DNA of 54,328 nucleotides from Candidatus Bathyarchaeia archaeon (lineage in GTDB: Archaea; Thermoproteota; Bathyarchaeia; Bathyarchaeales; Bathycorpusculaceae): NCBI GenBank assembly GCA_049515895.1, contig JBEKTQ010000025.1, positions 1 to 54,328 of the forward strand, given 5' to 3'. Each line of letters begins with the position of its first letter. Position 1 is the first letter of the stretch. Under the pieces are notes generated by a model. It was not told the DNA's origin, did no database searches, and saw nothing but the letters and a program-made list of their open reading frames with translations. A program made the position numbers and the translations under genes. This document shows positions 10,144 to 19,696 of the stretch, in pieces.

Positions 10144-10521
10144 ATGAACAAAATATTTGCATTAGCTTTAGTCGGTGCGGTCATAACAATTTTAGTTGCT
10201 TTGTTCAATATCTATCTTGGATTTGCCTATAGCGATGTCTTCAAAAGTTTCGGGATTTACGTAAGGGATGGTCCATATTCTTTTGCTCAACTTCATCCAG
10301 ATATTGCCAGATTTGAAACTGCGCTAAGTTTAACTTATGGCAGTGTCGGCTTGTTTGCTGGAATAATTGGGATAATTGGCGGCAAAACGCGCAAATTCAA
10401 GGGTGGTATCTTATTGGTGATCGCAAGTGCGGTATCCGTAATCGCTCTTGGATTGATGGCAATAGTGCCTTTTGTTTTGCTGCTTACAAGTGGAGTTCTT
10501 GCGTTCATGGAAGGACGATAG
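10144..10521 (+). CDS. Membrane protein (3-4 TM)
   Basis: Hydrophobic 125-aa ORF; AGGTGA upstream. Confidence 0.75.
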   Translation: MNKIFALALVGAVITILVALFNIYLGFAYSDVFKSFGIYVRDGPYSFAQLHPDIARFETALSLTYGSVGLFAGIIGIIGGKTRKFKGGILLVIASAVSVIALGLMAIVPFVLLLTSGVLAFMEGR

Positions 10522-11110
10522 CCCTCCGTTTTTCAATAAACAGTGACACGAAAACTATTGTTGTTACAAGAATTGCTACTGTGAGTGCTACCCAAGTATC
10601 ATAAGATGCTAATGGATAGACAAAAGTTAATTGTGAAGGACCGGAAGAGGTAGTAAAAGTCCACCATGACGGTGTGCCAGCTACCGTTGCTGAAACATTA
10701 TAGGTTGTATTCGGCTGCAAAAGACCAGCAGGATAAACGGTTTGAACTGAAGAGGGAGGACTAAACCCTGAAGATAACACGTAGCTTTCTTTGGCGATTG
10801 GCAATGCTGGACTAAAACTGACGTTAACGGGGGCTACGGGTCTGGGTCCGTCAATCATTATAGATGTATCACGGGGAACATTGGTTGCGCCTGTCTCTGG
10901 TCCAAGGTAAATTAGTTGGTATGCCCATTCACCCCCCCAATAGGAAGAATTGTCCCACTCGGTTGGAGCGGTTTTAGGGGTAGAATACACACGAGCACTA
11001 TAGCGTCCATAGGGCGTAAGTGAAATTACAAAGAAAGCTGCAGCGTAAGATACTAGAAAAACTGCAACCAGAATCAAGGCATAAACCAGTTTTCTTGAAG
11101 GTCTCTTCAA
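10505..11110 (-). CDS. Membrane-anchored protein with an Ig-like (SbsA/Big_5-like) domain
   Basis: P.TGATNVP.DT.I and P...LQPNTTYNVS...W.FTT patterns; N- and C-terminal TM. Confidence 0.7.
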   Translation of the reverse strand: MKRPSRKLVYALILVAVFLVSYAAAFFVISLTPYGRYSARVYSTPKTAPTEWDNSSYWGGEWAYQLIYLGPETGATNVPRDTSIMIDGPRPVAPVNVSFSPALPIAKESYVLSSGFSPPSSVQTVYPAGLLQPNTTYNVSATVAGTPSWWTFTTSSGPSQLTFVYPLASYDTWVALTVAILVTTIVFVSLFIEKRRAIVLP

Positions 11111-11413
11111 ACCGTATGCGCCTCAAGGAATCCCTTTCCTTTGGTCTTGAGTTGGGGCTTGGAATATTTAGCTCTACATAATAGAACAGGCTAAACTGTA
11201 GGGATTTACAGAGTTTTATTGCTGTTCCCAGTAAGATGCGGGGGTCTTAGTTAATTTAGGAACACGGACGCGCAGCGCAAAGAGAAAACACATTTTGGGA
11301 TTACTTCCTGGATTCTTATGTTAAACCAAGTGAAGTTACAATTGTTGTTGTCTCACCCCACTCACATATGTTTAAGAAAGCTTGAATAGGATTGTAGGTG
11401 TTAGGTGTAAATC

Positions 11414-11596
11414 ATGAGCAAAAAAAAGCTTCATCAACCCCACACATTAGGAGCACCGTCATCTCAAGAGACACCGATCAGTGGAATTCAGCCAAGCCAC
11501 ATTCCTTGCCCAGACTGCGGCAAAACCTTCAAGAGTCACTCGGAGATGCAGAGACACAGAGATACAACGCACCATGAAACAAAAGGACACGAGTAA
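11414..11596 (+). CDS. C2H2-type zinc finger protein
   Basis: CPDCGKTFKSHSEMQRHRDTTH; AGGTG upstream. Confidence 0.8.
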   Translation: MSKKKLHQPHTLGAPSSQETPISGIQPSHIPCPDCGKTFKSHSEMQRHRDTTHHETKGHE

Positions 11597-11681
11597 TAAC
11601 AACTAGGGGACCATCGCTTGTTTCTAAAAATAATCTCAAATTTAGTTCTTACAAAGTACTCTCTGTCTGGGAGGTGGGAAA

Positions 11682-11993
11682 TTGCCTGAAAAAAACATGG
11701 ATATTACTGAAAGAATCTCGAAGATCGGCGAAATGATTAATCAGTACAGGGAATCAGTTATGGCGCATTTCAAGGACATGGACGTTGAGGTCAAGGAATG
11801 GCACGTTTCAGTTAAAAAAATAGAAAAGGAATATGACATTTTTTCTTTCTTCTTTCAATTTTGGATTAATACCCCGTCTATTTTTGGTGGTTGCAATAGA
11901 AGTAAAAAAATAGCGGACTTGAACCTGTTCAGGTCTGCGTATCGGCGACCGCACCAGACTTCTTTTTCAGATTCATCAAAGATAAAACCTTGA
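11682..11993 (+). CDS. Hypothetical protein; C-terminal part probably degenerate
   Basis: GGAGGTG before TTG; protein-like composition only for the first ~52 aa. Confidence 0.45.
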   Translation: MPEKNMDITERISKIGEMINQYRESVMAHFKDMDVEVKEWHVSVKKIEKEYDIFSFFFQFWINTPSIFGGCNRSKKIADLNLFRSAYRRPHQTSFSDSSKIKP

Positions 11994-12080
11994 CTTTTCG
12001 AAGACAGAAATAAAAAGTGGACGTCATTAGAAAAATTCGGGAAAATAAAAATTCTTATCCTTGTTGATTTTTTTCAGAAT

Positions 12081-12176
12081 TCGGGAGAAAAAGGGAATTT
12101 TAAGAGATTTCTAGAGATTGAGATGCAATCTGCATGCGATCAAAGCTCCAAACACAAAGAGCAACTGAAATAGCAG
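12081..12176 (+). repeat. Array+tail element A1 (degenerate)
   Basis: aagggaattt taagagattt ctagagattg, then GCAATCTGCA (12125)...aaagc.ccaaacacaaagagcaac. Confidence 0.5.
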
Positions 12177-12260
12177 AGTTTTGGGGGCAAAAAACATCAG
12201 CTAACGCTTCTGGAGGCTTCTTGCGTTTGCGATCTTTCCAGATTTTTTTGAATCAGCCTA

Positions 12261-12407
12261 TTTTGACGGTAGTGGCCGCCTATTGACTTTTGTTGACGTT
12301 AGTTGACTTTAGTTGACGTTAGTTGACTTTGGTTGACGATAGTTGACGCAACCTGCAGATGATTCAAGCTTTTCCACAAAAAAGCAACCCAAAACACAAA
12401 CAACAAA
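12261..12407 (+). repeat. Array+tail element A2 (unit AGTTGACKTT, ~9 units)
   Basis: 10-bp period over 12261-12348; GCAACCTGCA at 12348; AAGCAACCCAAAACACAAACAACAAA. Confidence 0.9.
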
Positions 12408-12555
12408 TTTGCCGGATTTCCACACGGAACCTCAACTCCTAAGGAAGAAAGAACGGGGTGCAGTTCCACCGTCTTTAAGCCACCTTACCTTGCATTTGGG
12501 GGCGTTTTATGCATTAATTTATAAATTGAATAAAGCATTAGCAATTGGACCCGAA

Positions 12556-13497
12556 ATGAAACTTAGAAGAAAGAAACCTGAAGATTCTTCCGACCAGCAG
12601 GCGCCGCATAAAGAAAAGTCTAAGGGAAAGCCTAAAGGTCTTGAAGTTGGCAAATTCGAAGTTTCCGAAGACAAAATAAAGTTTTTTGTCGCCAAGGGCT
12701 TAAGTAAAAAACAATGGGTTATTGCCCGGGAAATTCCCGTCGCTGAAGTAGAGCATATTGAGAGTGTTGACAACGAGTTAACCGTGACTTCCAAAGGCAT
12801 CGTTGACTCGTTTCACACAAAGGACAAAACGGGTTCTTTTACCGGATTGGTGGAGCAAGTAAACGCGATGCTTGAGGAACAACACATATCCCAGGAGAAA
12901 ACAAGTCAAGCGAACGAGAGAACCACTCAAAGAAGAACCGAGTTGCTATCGGTAATTGACAGAACGGTGCACACGGTTGACTTATCGTTTGACGTTCTCA
13001 TCGGGCTGCAGGACAAAAGGATAAATTGGCAGCAGATAGAAAACTCGGCAAAAGGATTTAGCGAAAACCTCAATTTCACCGGCCAAACCTTGCCACCTCT
13101 GAGTCTGGAATACACAAAAATTACTTCTGCAGCAAGAGCACAAGTGCCTAAGGATGCTTCGAATGGAGCGTTCAACATCCTAAAAGCAACGTATCGATAC
13201 TTCGACGGCTTGAAACCCGAAGAAGATATCATGGAAAACTCGCCGAATTTTCAAACTACAAAAAATCTGGTTTTAGCGTATTTTCTGTTAAATGACCTCT
13301 TGCTTGGGAGGTTCGTCGGCGACGAAAACAACGCCAGAGAAATTCACGAACTGGATGTGGCACTGCAAAGTTTGGCTGAGGCTAACTTCATAATTAATGC
13401 TGAGGCGCTCAAAGGAAGCATCAGTTTGGAAGATGAGAAGCAAACTGTCATTGATGGCGCCCGGGCGGTTTTCAAGGAACAGCTAAAATATCTTTAA
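12556..13497 (+). CDS. Hypothetical protein
   Basis: Long ORF; ATG 12556 preferred because the upstream extension runs through repeat element A2. Confidence 0.75.
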   Translation: MKLRRKKPEDSSDQQAPHKEKSKGKPKGLEVGKFEVSEDKIKFFVAKGLSKKQWVIAREIPVAEVEHIESVDNELTVTSKGIVDSFHTKDKTGSFTGLVEQVNAMLEEQHISQEKTSQANERTTQRRTELLSVIDRTVHTVDLSFDVLIGLQDKRINWQQIENSAKGFSENLNFTGQTLPPLSLEYTKITSAARAQVPKDASNGAFNILKATYRYFDGLKPEEDIMENSPNFQTTKNLVLAYFLLNDLLLGRFVGDENNAREIHELDVALQSLAEANFIINAEALKGSISLEDEKQTVIDGARAVFKEQLKYL

Positions 13498-13708
13498 CTG
13501 TTTGAAGCCGCACCTGAAACAGCCTAGTTCCATCAAAATAAACTGTTTTGATTAAAGCGTAGACAATTGAGTGTATCGTAACTCTTCAGATATTAGAAAA
13601 GATAATTAACAATACGTATAGATATGACTCCACTGGGATATTATTTGAGGATTCGCTAGCTTTATTTACACTTCCCCTCACTATTGAATCCAGACAAGTG
13701 GGGGATAA

Positions 13709-14269
13709 TTGAATTTGGCGAATCCGCAATCGAAAGATGACTCATTAGAAGCTTTAGACTTCATCGTAAACGTTCTCAAAGAACATGAAAAAGATCTGGA
13801 TAAACTAATCAACGAGTTAGCAACCGTAACCGAGCAGCTTGGAGATACCGGCGACCTCGGCGGCAAAGTAGAAAAAGTCGAAGAAAAAATAACAAGCTTA
13901 CAGAAGGAAGTCACAAACCTGATGAGCTTTATTTCTGGCGCTGTACCCATGGAAGTATCACCAACGAGGGAAAAAGAGCCGCAGGAAGCCACACCTGCAC
14001 CTTCGCCAATTCCAACCGGCGGGCCTTCATTAGTTTTAAGGTGCAAGCAATGGGAAGACTTTCAAAACTTAGCGACGCAATCTCAAACGCTATCTTTTAC
14101 CTATAAGGAAGAAGACAAGATCTTTCAAGCTGACGCTCTGAAGGGAAACCGAATAATATCCTACTGTGGCACGCTTCCAAAGTTCTCCATAATCCTAAAA
14201 GCATGGCTTTCGAAGGAACTGCGAATTGAAGAAAAAAGTATCCTTGAAGGCGACTTAACTATAGGCTAA
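13709..14269 (+). CDS. Hypothetical protein with N-terminal coiled coil
   Basis: Heptad-rich LDFIVNVLKEHEKDLDKLINEL, Pro-rich linker, small C-terminal domain. Confidence 0.8.
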   Translation: MNLANPQSKDDSLEALDFIVNVLKEHEKDLDKLINELATVTEQLGDTGDLGGKVEKVEEKITSLQKEVTNLMSFISGAVPMEVSPTREKEPQEATPAPSPIPTGGPSLVLRCKQWEDFQNLATQSQTLSFTYKEEDKIFQADALKGNRIISYCGTLPKFSIILKAWLSKELRIEEKSILEGDLTIG

Positions 14270-14812
14270 ATCTATATTTGTAAATCATATTCCTAATTCT
14301 GAAAATTTATATTCATTTTTCGGCAAGTTACCTGTCAGTGATGGGGGGTCAGTTAAGGTTGAAGGCTAAATACCTAAGCCAAAAAGTTTTTTCCGTTTTC
14401 GAAGCCTTCTCCTTTCTCCTCGATACGGATGGCTAAGGTAGCCAACATACAAAACTACCCTCCAACACCAAATTCCAAGTAAAAACCAGTCCTCTGTGAA
14501 TTATCGCCAGCGGGCTAAGGGAAGCAAAATATACCAAACCTTATATTCAGTCAACGATAATCATAAATTCAGGTTGATTTGTTTGGCTGTCGATGTGTCA
14601 AGAACAAAGAAACCGAAGCTCCCCAAGAAGCGATTGCTTAAGAAAATGAATAGAAGATAAACGATTAATTAAGCACCGCCTCCTGCTATATTCCCAATGA
14701 TTAGCATTAAAGATGCTAAAAACCGTCGATTCTTCTAACCGAATATCCTTCTTTTAAGAATGAAATATTTAGACGAAATAGAAGCCAACTAAAGTTTAGC
14801 AGTTTTTTTGCG

Positions 14813-15322
14813 TTATTGTTTGGGCGTTGTCAAGTACTTGAGGTGGAACGGTTTGATTACGATTCCAGTTTTCAAGTCAGCGTGGAAAGTTTGGCTTTCG
14901 ATAACCCACTCAGACAACTCTGAATCATGAGCTCTTATGAACTCGGCGAAATTCGAGAAGTCTTCATGAAGCGAGATGCAGACAGCATCCCAACCCATGC
15001 CTCTGCCATCCAAAACCAATATTACGCTGGGCTGTTTCAAGTACCAATCTTTCATTTTCTGTAATGCATCAGTTTTTTCATCGCCCGTCTTAAATTTGAG
15101 TTTACTTTTCAGAAAAGTGAAGGCTGCTATCTCAAACCCTATTTGCCCGAACTTCGGGATAACTGTGTATCCTTCGATGAAATTTTCTTCAAGCATGGCT
15201 CTTCTTCGGGTAACTGTAGGTTGTGACACGCCTAGGGACTTGGCTAATTGCCTGTCACTTCTATGCGAATCCTTCATTAATTCAAACAGTATTTTGTAAT
15301 CTATCGGTTTCAGTTCTTTCAT
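14813..15322 (-). CDS. Lrp/AsnC family transcriptional regulator
   Basis: IDYKILFELMKDSHRSDRQLAKSLGVSQPTVTRR HTH. Confidence 0.9.
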   Translation of the reverse strand: MKELKPIDYKILFELMKDSHRSDRQLAKSLGVSQPTVTRRRAMLEENFIEGYTVIPKFGQIGFEIAAFTFLKSKLKFKTGDEKTDALQKMKDWYLKQPSVILVLDGRGMGWDAVCISLHEDFSNFAEFIRAHDSELSEWVIESQTFHADLKTGIVIKPFHLKYLTTPKQ

Positions 15323-15479
15323 TGCAACCAACTTTTACCATTCATAGCGTTTTTGTTATCATATATAAACCTCATCATCCAAACCCCAAATATTCCTCGA
15401 ATCTACTCAAGGGCAACATAAATAGATACTCTTAAGAGAAAAAGCAAGTATAGAACACGCTGAAGGAGCCTCAAAATCA

Positions 15480-16838
15480 ATGTCACCCCAAGTTTTGAAA
15501 GAAGTTGAGCAGGAAGTCACCGAACTCCTCTGTAACCTTATAAGAATAAACACAACCAACCCTCCTGGCAACGAAACAGCGGCAGCAAACTACATAGCCC
15601 AATACCTGAGCAAAGACGGCTTCAAAACGGAAGTCATAGAATCCGCCCCTGGAAGAGGCAGTGTAACCGCGAGACTAAAAGGAACTGGGGACAAACCAAT
15701 CCTGCTTTTATTGTCACATCTTGATGTGGTTGCAGCCAACGAGCAAGAATGGACCGTTGATCCGTTTGCCGGTGCAGTTAAAGATGGTTACGTTTACGGC
15801 AGAGGCGCCTATGACATGAAATCCATGACAGCAATTGAAATCATGGTTATCAAGCTTTTAAACAAAAACCATGTGAAGCTCAAAGGCGACGTAGTTTTAG
15901 CGGGCACTCCAGACGAAGAACAAGGAGGGGAAGAGGGAGCAGGTTACCTTCTAAGAAAACACAAAGAAAAAATCTGGTGTCCCTATGTTATCAACGAAGG
16001 AGGCGGATTAGCGTTTCCATCAAAGAAAGGCTACGTATTCCCGGTGCAGACGGCAGAAAAAGGGATTCTATGGCTCAGAATAAAAGCAAAAGGGACACCC
16101 GGCCATGGCTCCACCCCTAACATGGCTGACAATGCAATTCTGCGCATTAACAACGTCATCGATAAGCTGGGAAACTATAAACCGCCAACCATCTATGTAC
16201 CCACACTGAAAAAGTTCCTTGCTGAAATGGGGAAGCAAGACCAAGAGCTGCAGGATACATTTTCCCAATTGCTTGCAAATCCCCGGCAAAGTGAACAAAT
16301 CTTAGATGAATTATCGAAAAAGGACAGGGCTTTGGCCGAAGAAATCAGGCCCCGTACAAAAATGACTATCGCGCCAACGATAATTAGGGGCGGAGTCAAG
16401 GAAAATATCATTCCTTCAGAATGCGAGGCGGTGTTTGACTGCAGAATTCTGCCTGGGCAAAGCGTCGACGAAACGGTTGATTTAATAAAAGATTTGCTCA
16501 AAGACGCGGGGCTGGATAAGCTGAGTTTTGAGTTTATCCAAGCACACGGCGGCTCCGAATCAACCATGGATACAGAACTCTACAGAACCATCTCGAGTGT
16601 TCTGAGAGAGTTCGAACCCGGTTGCGGAGTAACACCAACGTTGACGACTGGCGGCACCGACTCACGCTTCTTTAGGGAAATGGGAAGTGTATGCTACGGG
16701 TTCCAACCTATGATTCCCGACGAGCCCAACGACTTGATAGAAAAAAGAATGCACGGAATTGACGAGCGCATAACGGTAAAAAACCTGGTTTACGGTACAA
16801 GTGTACTGTACGAAACAGTGAAAAGTTTCATGAGCTGA
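15480..16838 (+). CDS. M20/M25/M40 family metallohydrolase (ArgE/DapE-like)
   Basis: SHLDVV, GRGAYDMK, DEE, NEGG, GGTD, HGIDE. Confidence 0.92.
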   Translation: MSPQVLKEVEQEVTELLCNLIRINTTNPPGNETAAANYIAQYLSKDGFKTEVIESAPGRGSVTARLKGTGDKPILLLLSHLDVVAANEQEWTVDPFAGAVKDGYVYGRGAYDMKSMTAIEIMVIKLLNKNHVKLKGDVVLAGTPDEEQGGEEGAGYLLRKHKEKIWCPYVINEGGGLAFPSKKGYVFPVQTAEKGILWLRIKAKGTPGHGSTPNMADNAILRINNVIDKLGNYKPPTIYVPTLKKFLAEMGKQDQELQDTFSQLLANPRQSEQILDELSKKDRALAEEIRPRTKMTIAPTIIRGGVKENIIPSECEAVFDCRILPGQSVDETVDLIKDLLKDAGLDKLSFEFIQAHGGSESTMDTELYRTISSVLREFEPGCGVTPTLTTGGTDSRFFREMGSVCYGFQPMIPDEPNDLIEKRMHGIDERITVKNLVYGTSVLYETVKSFMS

Positions 16839-17072
16839 AAATAAGTCTTTGATCGATTTTTGCGGCGGCGTTTACTTTGTGGACTTATTTGGTGACCGAA
16901 TGCTATTTACAGGAAACAATGTTTGCGAAAAAACAAAATACAAATAAACGAAGCAAAAAACCATCTAAGTAGCCACAAACACGCAAAGCGAAGAAATTGA
17001 GCACTAAAATTTTTTACACTAACATCAACCGTTCTAGCGCTAGCAGAGCATAAATTCGGTGTCATCTACTAA

Positions 17073-17613
17073 ATGACCCGCATACAAACATTAACTAATC
17101 CGGACGCCAAAAACTTTGAACCGACCAAAGCAATTGGCTTGATCTCAGACACACATGTGCCTAAAAGAGCCGCAAAAGTGCCTCAAAAAGTTTTTGAAAT
17201 CTTCCAAAATGTGGATTTCATTATTCATGCGGGAGACCTAGTTGAGTTATCAGTAATCGATGAGTTGGAACAGATCGCCCCGGTTTTAGCGGTTCACGGC
17301 AACATGGACAGCCCTCAAGCCAGTGAGGCTTTGCCCACGCTTAATTCCCTTGATTTTCGGCTGGAAAATTGGTGTTATGCACGATCCGGATGTTTTAAAC
17401 GGGTCAGATAAGATGGTGTACGTGGCCAAAGAAAACGGTTTTAACGTTTTGGTTTACGGTCACACGCATAGTCCAAGAATTAAATGGGAAGGAGAAATTC
17501 TCTTTGTTAATCCTGGCAGCCCAACTGACCCCTCGTCCTTTCTTAACAAGCCCTCGATAGGGTTGCTTCAGATAACAAAGAAGGCGGTAACTCCTCAAAT
17601 AATCGATCTTTAA
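17073..17613 (+). pseudogene. Metallophosphoesterase (YfcE/Vps29-like), frameshifted near 17350
   Basis: SDTH, HAGD and GNMD in one frame; MH, GHTH and NPGS in the next frame. Confidence 0.8.
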
Positions 17614-17617
17614 CCCA

Positions 17618-17959
17618 TCAAAGCAGACCAGCAGAGAATGGCGTAGAGAGTAACACCAAAAGAGAAAGCCACAAGCCACCCGCCAGGGCCGAAAACATAA
17701 TTTTTTCCTTCTTAAAGTACCCTTTCCCACCGCTACTGCGCAATTCAAGAACAAGCCAGAGACCACGCGACACAGCCATGGCGCCCATAGCGGTAGGTGA
17801 ACCAAAGAAACGAGTGAAGTCAACCCGGGAAGGGGAGGAACAACAAAAACGGGGAAAACAGCTTAAAGAAATGCCGAAGGCATAAACCCAAGTATCATAA
17901 AAAAGATACAAAATCAAGGCGGCAGTCATTGCGCGTGCATGTTGCTGAAACTTTGCCAT
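17618..17959 (-). CDS. Hypothetical membrane protein
   Basis: 113-aa hydrophobic ORF; possibly degenerate. Confidence 0.4.
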   Translation of the reverse strand: MAKFQQHARAMTAALILYLFYDTWVYAFGISLSCFPRFCCSSPSRVDFTRFFGSPTAMGAMAVSRGLWLVLELRSSGGKGYFKKEKIMFSALAGGLWLSLLVLLSTPFSAGLL

Positions 17960-18191
17960 GTGTTTTAGCCGGTGCCCGTAAAAAGAAACAAAATGAAAGC
18001 TTGAACAGTTAAACTGGGGGTTGCGAATAGCCGGAAGAGGTTGTTGAAAAGAGACATTCCGCTAGATCAACCACAATTTTCTAAAAGTATAAAGCTTCAC
18101 TTTCACTCATCCCTCCCCTGCTCAATCCAGTCGCTGGAGCAGTTGCCTTAAAAGTGCTTAGCGACTAAAGACGGATTTTAGAGGTAAGAAT

Positions 18192-18329
18192 ATGGAGCAT
18201 TGTAAAAACCCTTGGAAAGACAGCTGCAAAAACGAAAACATCAAACTCTACATTGAGCTAAAAGGCGAAAAACTACCGATTTGCCAGCAATGCTGGAACA
18301 AAATTGCCGACCAAGAAATCGAGTGGTGA
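18192..18329 (+). CDS. 45-aa putative Zn-finger protein (below ORF-track cutoff)
   Basis: MEHCKNPWKDSCKN...LPICQQCWNKIADQEIEW; GAGGT upstream. Confidence 0.75.
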   Translation: MEHCKNPWKDSCKNENIKLYIELKGEKLPICQQCWNKIADQEIEW

Positions 18330-18335
18330 AGCGGT

Positions 18336-18572
18336 TTGGAAAGCTTTAGTGCTAACAGCGCCAAATCCTACCTTGGAAGAAACGTTAACCTGCACTTAAA
18401 AGACGGCGCAGTCATTGTAAATGTACATTTAACTGGAATCTGTAAAATCTCTGGCAAAAACAATTTCATCGAATACAGCACTTCTGGAAAACGCAAAACC
18501 AGCCGAATACCCCTAAGAAATGTCGCTTGGGCTGAACTTTTGAATGCAAATCTCATGCAGGAAGCCGCCTGA
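18336..18572 (+). CDS. Small Sm/LSm-like beta-barrel protein
   Basis: YLGRNVNLHLKDG (Sm1-like) and IPLRNV (Sm2-like). Confidence 0.55.
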   Translation: MESFSANSAKSYLGRNVNLHLKDGAVIVNVHLTGICKISGKNNFIEYSTSGKRKTSRIPLRNVAWAELLNANLMQEAA

Positions 18573-18625
18573 AACTTGTAGCAAACAGGATAAAAGGAAA
18601 AATAGCAGGTAATTAATTCAACTTT

Positions 18626-19024
18626 ATGCGCTGTTCAAACTGCGGCGTCTGCTGTACAGAAACAGAGATGCTTCTAGCCGAAAAAGACATCGAACGCCTA
18701 ATGAATAGAGGTTTCAGAAAGAACTTCTTCGCCAAAATCAACAAGGAAGGCTACGCTCAACTTAAGAATCTAAAAGGTTACTGCGTTTTCTACGATGATA
18801 AAAGTCGTCAATGCAGCGTTTACGCCGATAGGCCTGCCGGGTGCCGGGTGTACCCCGTCATTGTTGACGACGAAAAGGGAATAGTCCTTGACGACATCTG
18901 CCAATCCAGGGGCACCATCACAGACAGGGAAAAAAGAGTGAAGGGAAAACGGGTCACTAAGCTGCTAGAAAGAATTGACCATGAGGCAGAAAACAGGCGT
19001 TTTGGAAAAACCATTTTCCAATAA
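18626..19024 (+). CDS. YkgJ-family cysteine-cluster protein
   Basis: CSNCGVCC ... CVFYD ... CSVYADRPAGCRVYP. Confidence 0.9.
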   Translation: MRCSNCGVCCTETEMLLAEKDIERLMNRGFRKNFFAKINKEGYAQLKNLKGYCVFYDDKSRQCSVYADRPAGCRVYPVIVDDEKGIVLDDICQSRGTITDREKRVKGKRVTKLLERIDHEAENRRFGKTIFQ

Positions 19025-19150
19025 TCTTAGCAGTGCTTACATTGACAGCAAACTACGCTATTGCTGCTTTGAGTTTTTACTTCTTCAGTAAGCATTAGCC
19101 TTGTTCTAATCAGTTTCCACAGCTGTCACAGAAAGCCGCACTACAGCCGA

Positions 19151-19327
19151 TTATTTCTTACTTTGAAGAATCAATGGAAAAATCAAAGTCTCTTTTGAGG
19201 CTTTATCCTTGGCAATCAACCATTCTACATACTCTATCTTTTTTTGGTCGGCTTTTGCTGCTAGCCTTCTAGCGTCTTCATGGACTTTTTTCGTAATGGT
19301 TGTGCATTTGCGTCTTTTTCTCGGCAA
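19151..19327 (-). CDS. 58-aa putative ribbon-helix-helix-like protein
   Basis: TTG start; MPRKRRKCTTITKKVHEDARRLAAKADQKKIEYVEWLI. Confidence 0.4.
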   Translation of the reverse strand: MPRKRRKCTTITKKVHEDARRLAAKADQKKIEYVEWLIAKDKASKETLIFPLILQSKK

Positions 19328-19447
19328 TGCTCTTTATCTTTTTCCGTACTTTACTACTATGAAATATGTGATTGACAGTTGAACGTGAATGTTGTTAAAA
19401 GCTTATATTAATGTAGGTTCGCTAAATAGCTTGAGAGGGGCACTAAG

Positions 19448-19615
19448 ACGCCGAAAAAGGGGTACAAAAGCATCACTCTAAAGGCGGATGTCTATGATTA
19501 CTTCTTTGGTGAGTGGCTTAAAGTCAAAGAGGAATACGCCATAAAGAAAGGCATTCGAAGTTTTTCAGCCTACGTTACCTACCGTTTGTCACAACTTATG
19601 GCCGAAGACAAATGA
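19448..19615 (+). CDS. 55-aa putative ribbon-helix-helix-like protein with ACG in the start position
   Basis: (M)PKKGYKSITLKADVYDY...GIRSFSAYVTYRL; GAGGGG 7 nt before ACG; no upstream in-frame ATG/GTG/TTG. Confidence 0.55.
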   Translation, partial: TPKKGYKSITLKADVYDYFFGEWLKVKEEYAIKKGIRSFSAYVTYRLSQLMAEDK

Positions 19616-19696
19616 CTGGCCAAGTAAAACATAAGCCATTTTCGAACCCCTACAAGTTTAAATATGCTTGCGATGACTTGTCAACCGTGAATCAGC

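Noticed and set aside
12261-12348. CRISPR array interpretation of the tandem repeats
   Set aside because: 10-bp contiguous units, no unique spacers, no cas genes in the window
14320-14540. c-di-GMP-I riboswitch
   Set aside because: GGCTAA/TAGCC similarity only; the P2 GNRA hairpin and GCAAA elements could not be placed
16925-17000. A/C-rich tract resembling the element tail
   Set aside because: No GCAACCTGCA anchor and no 10-bp array; low-complexity match
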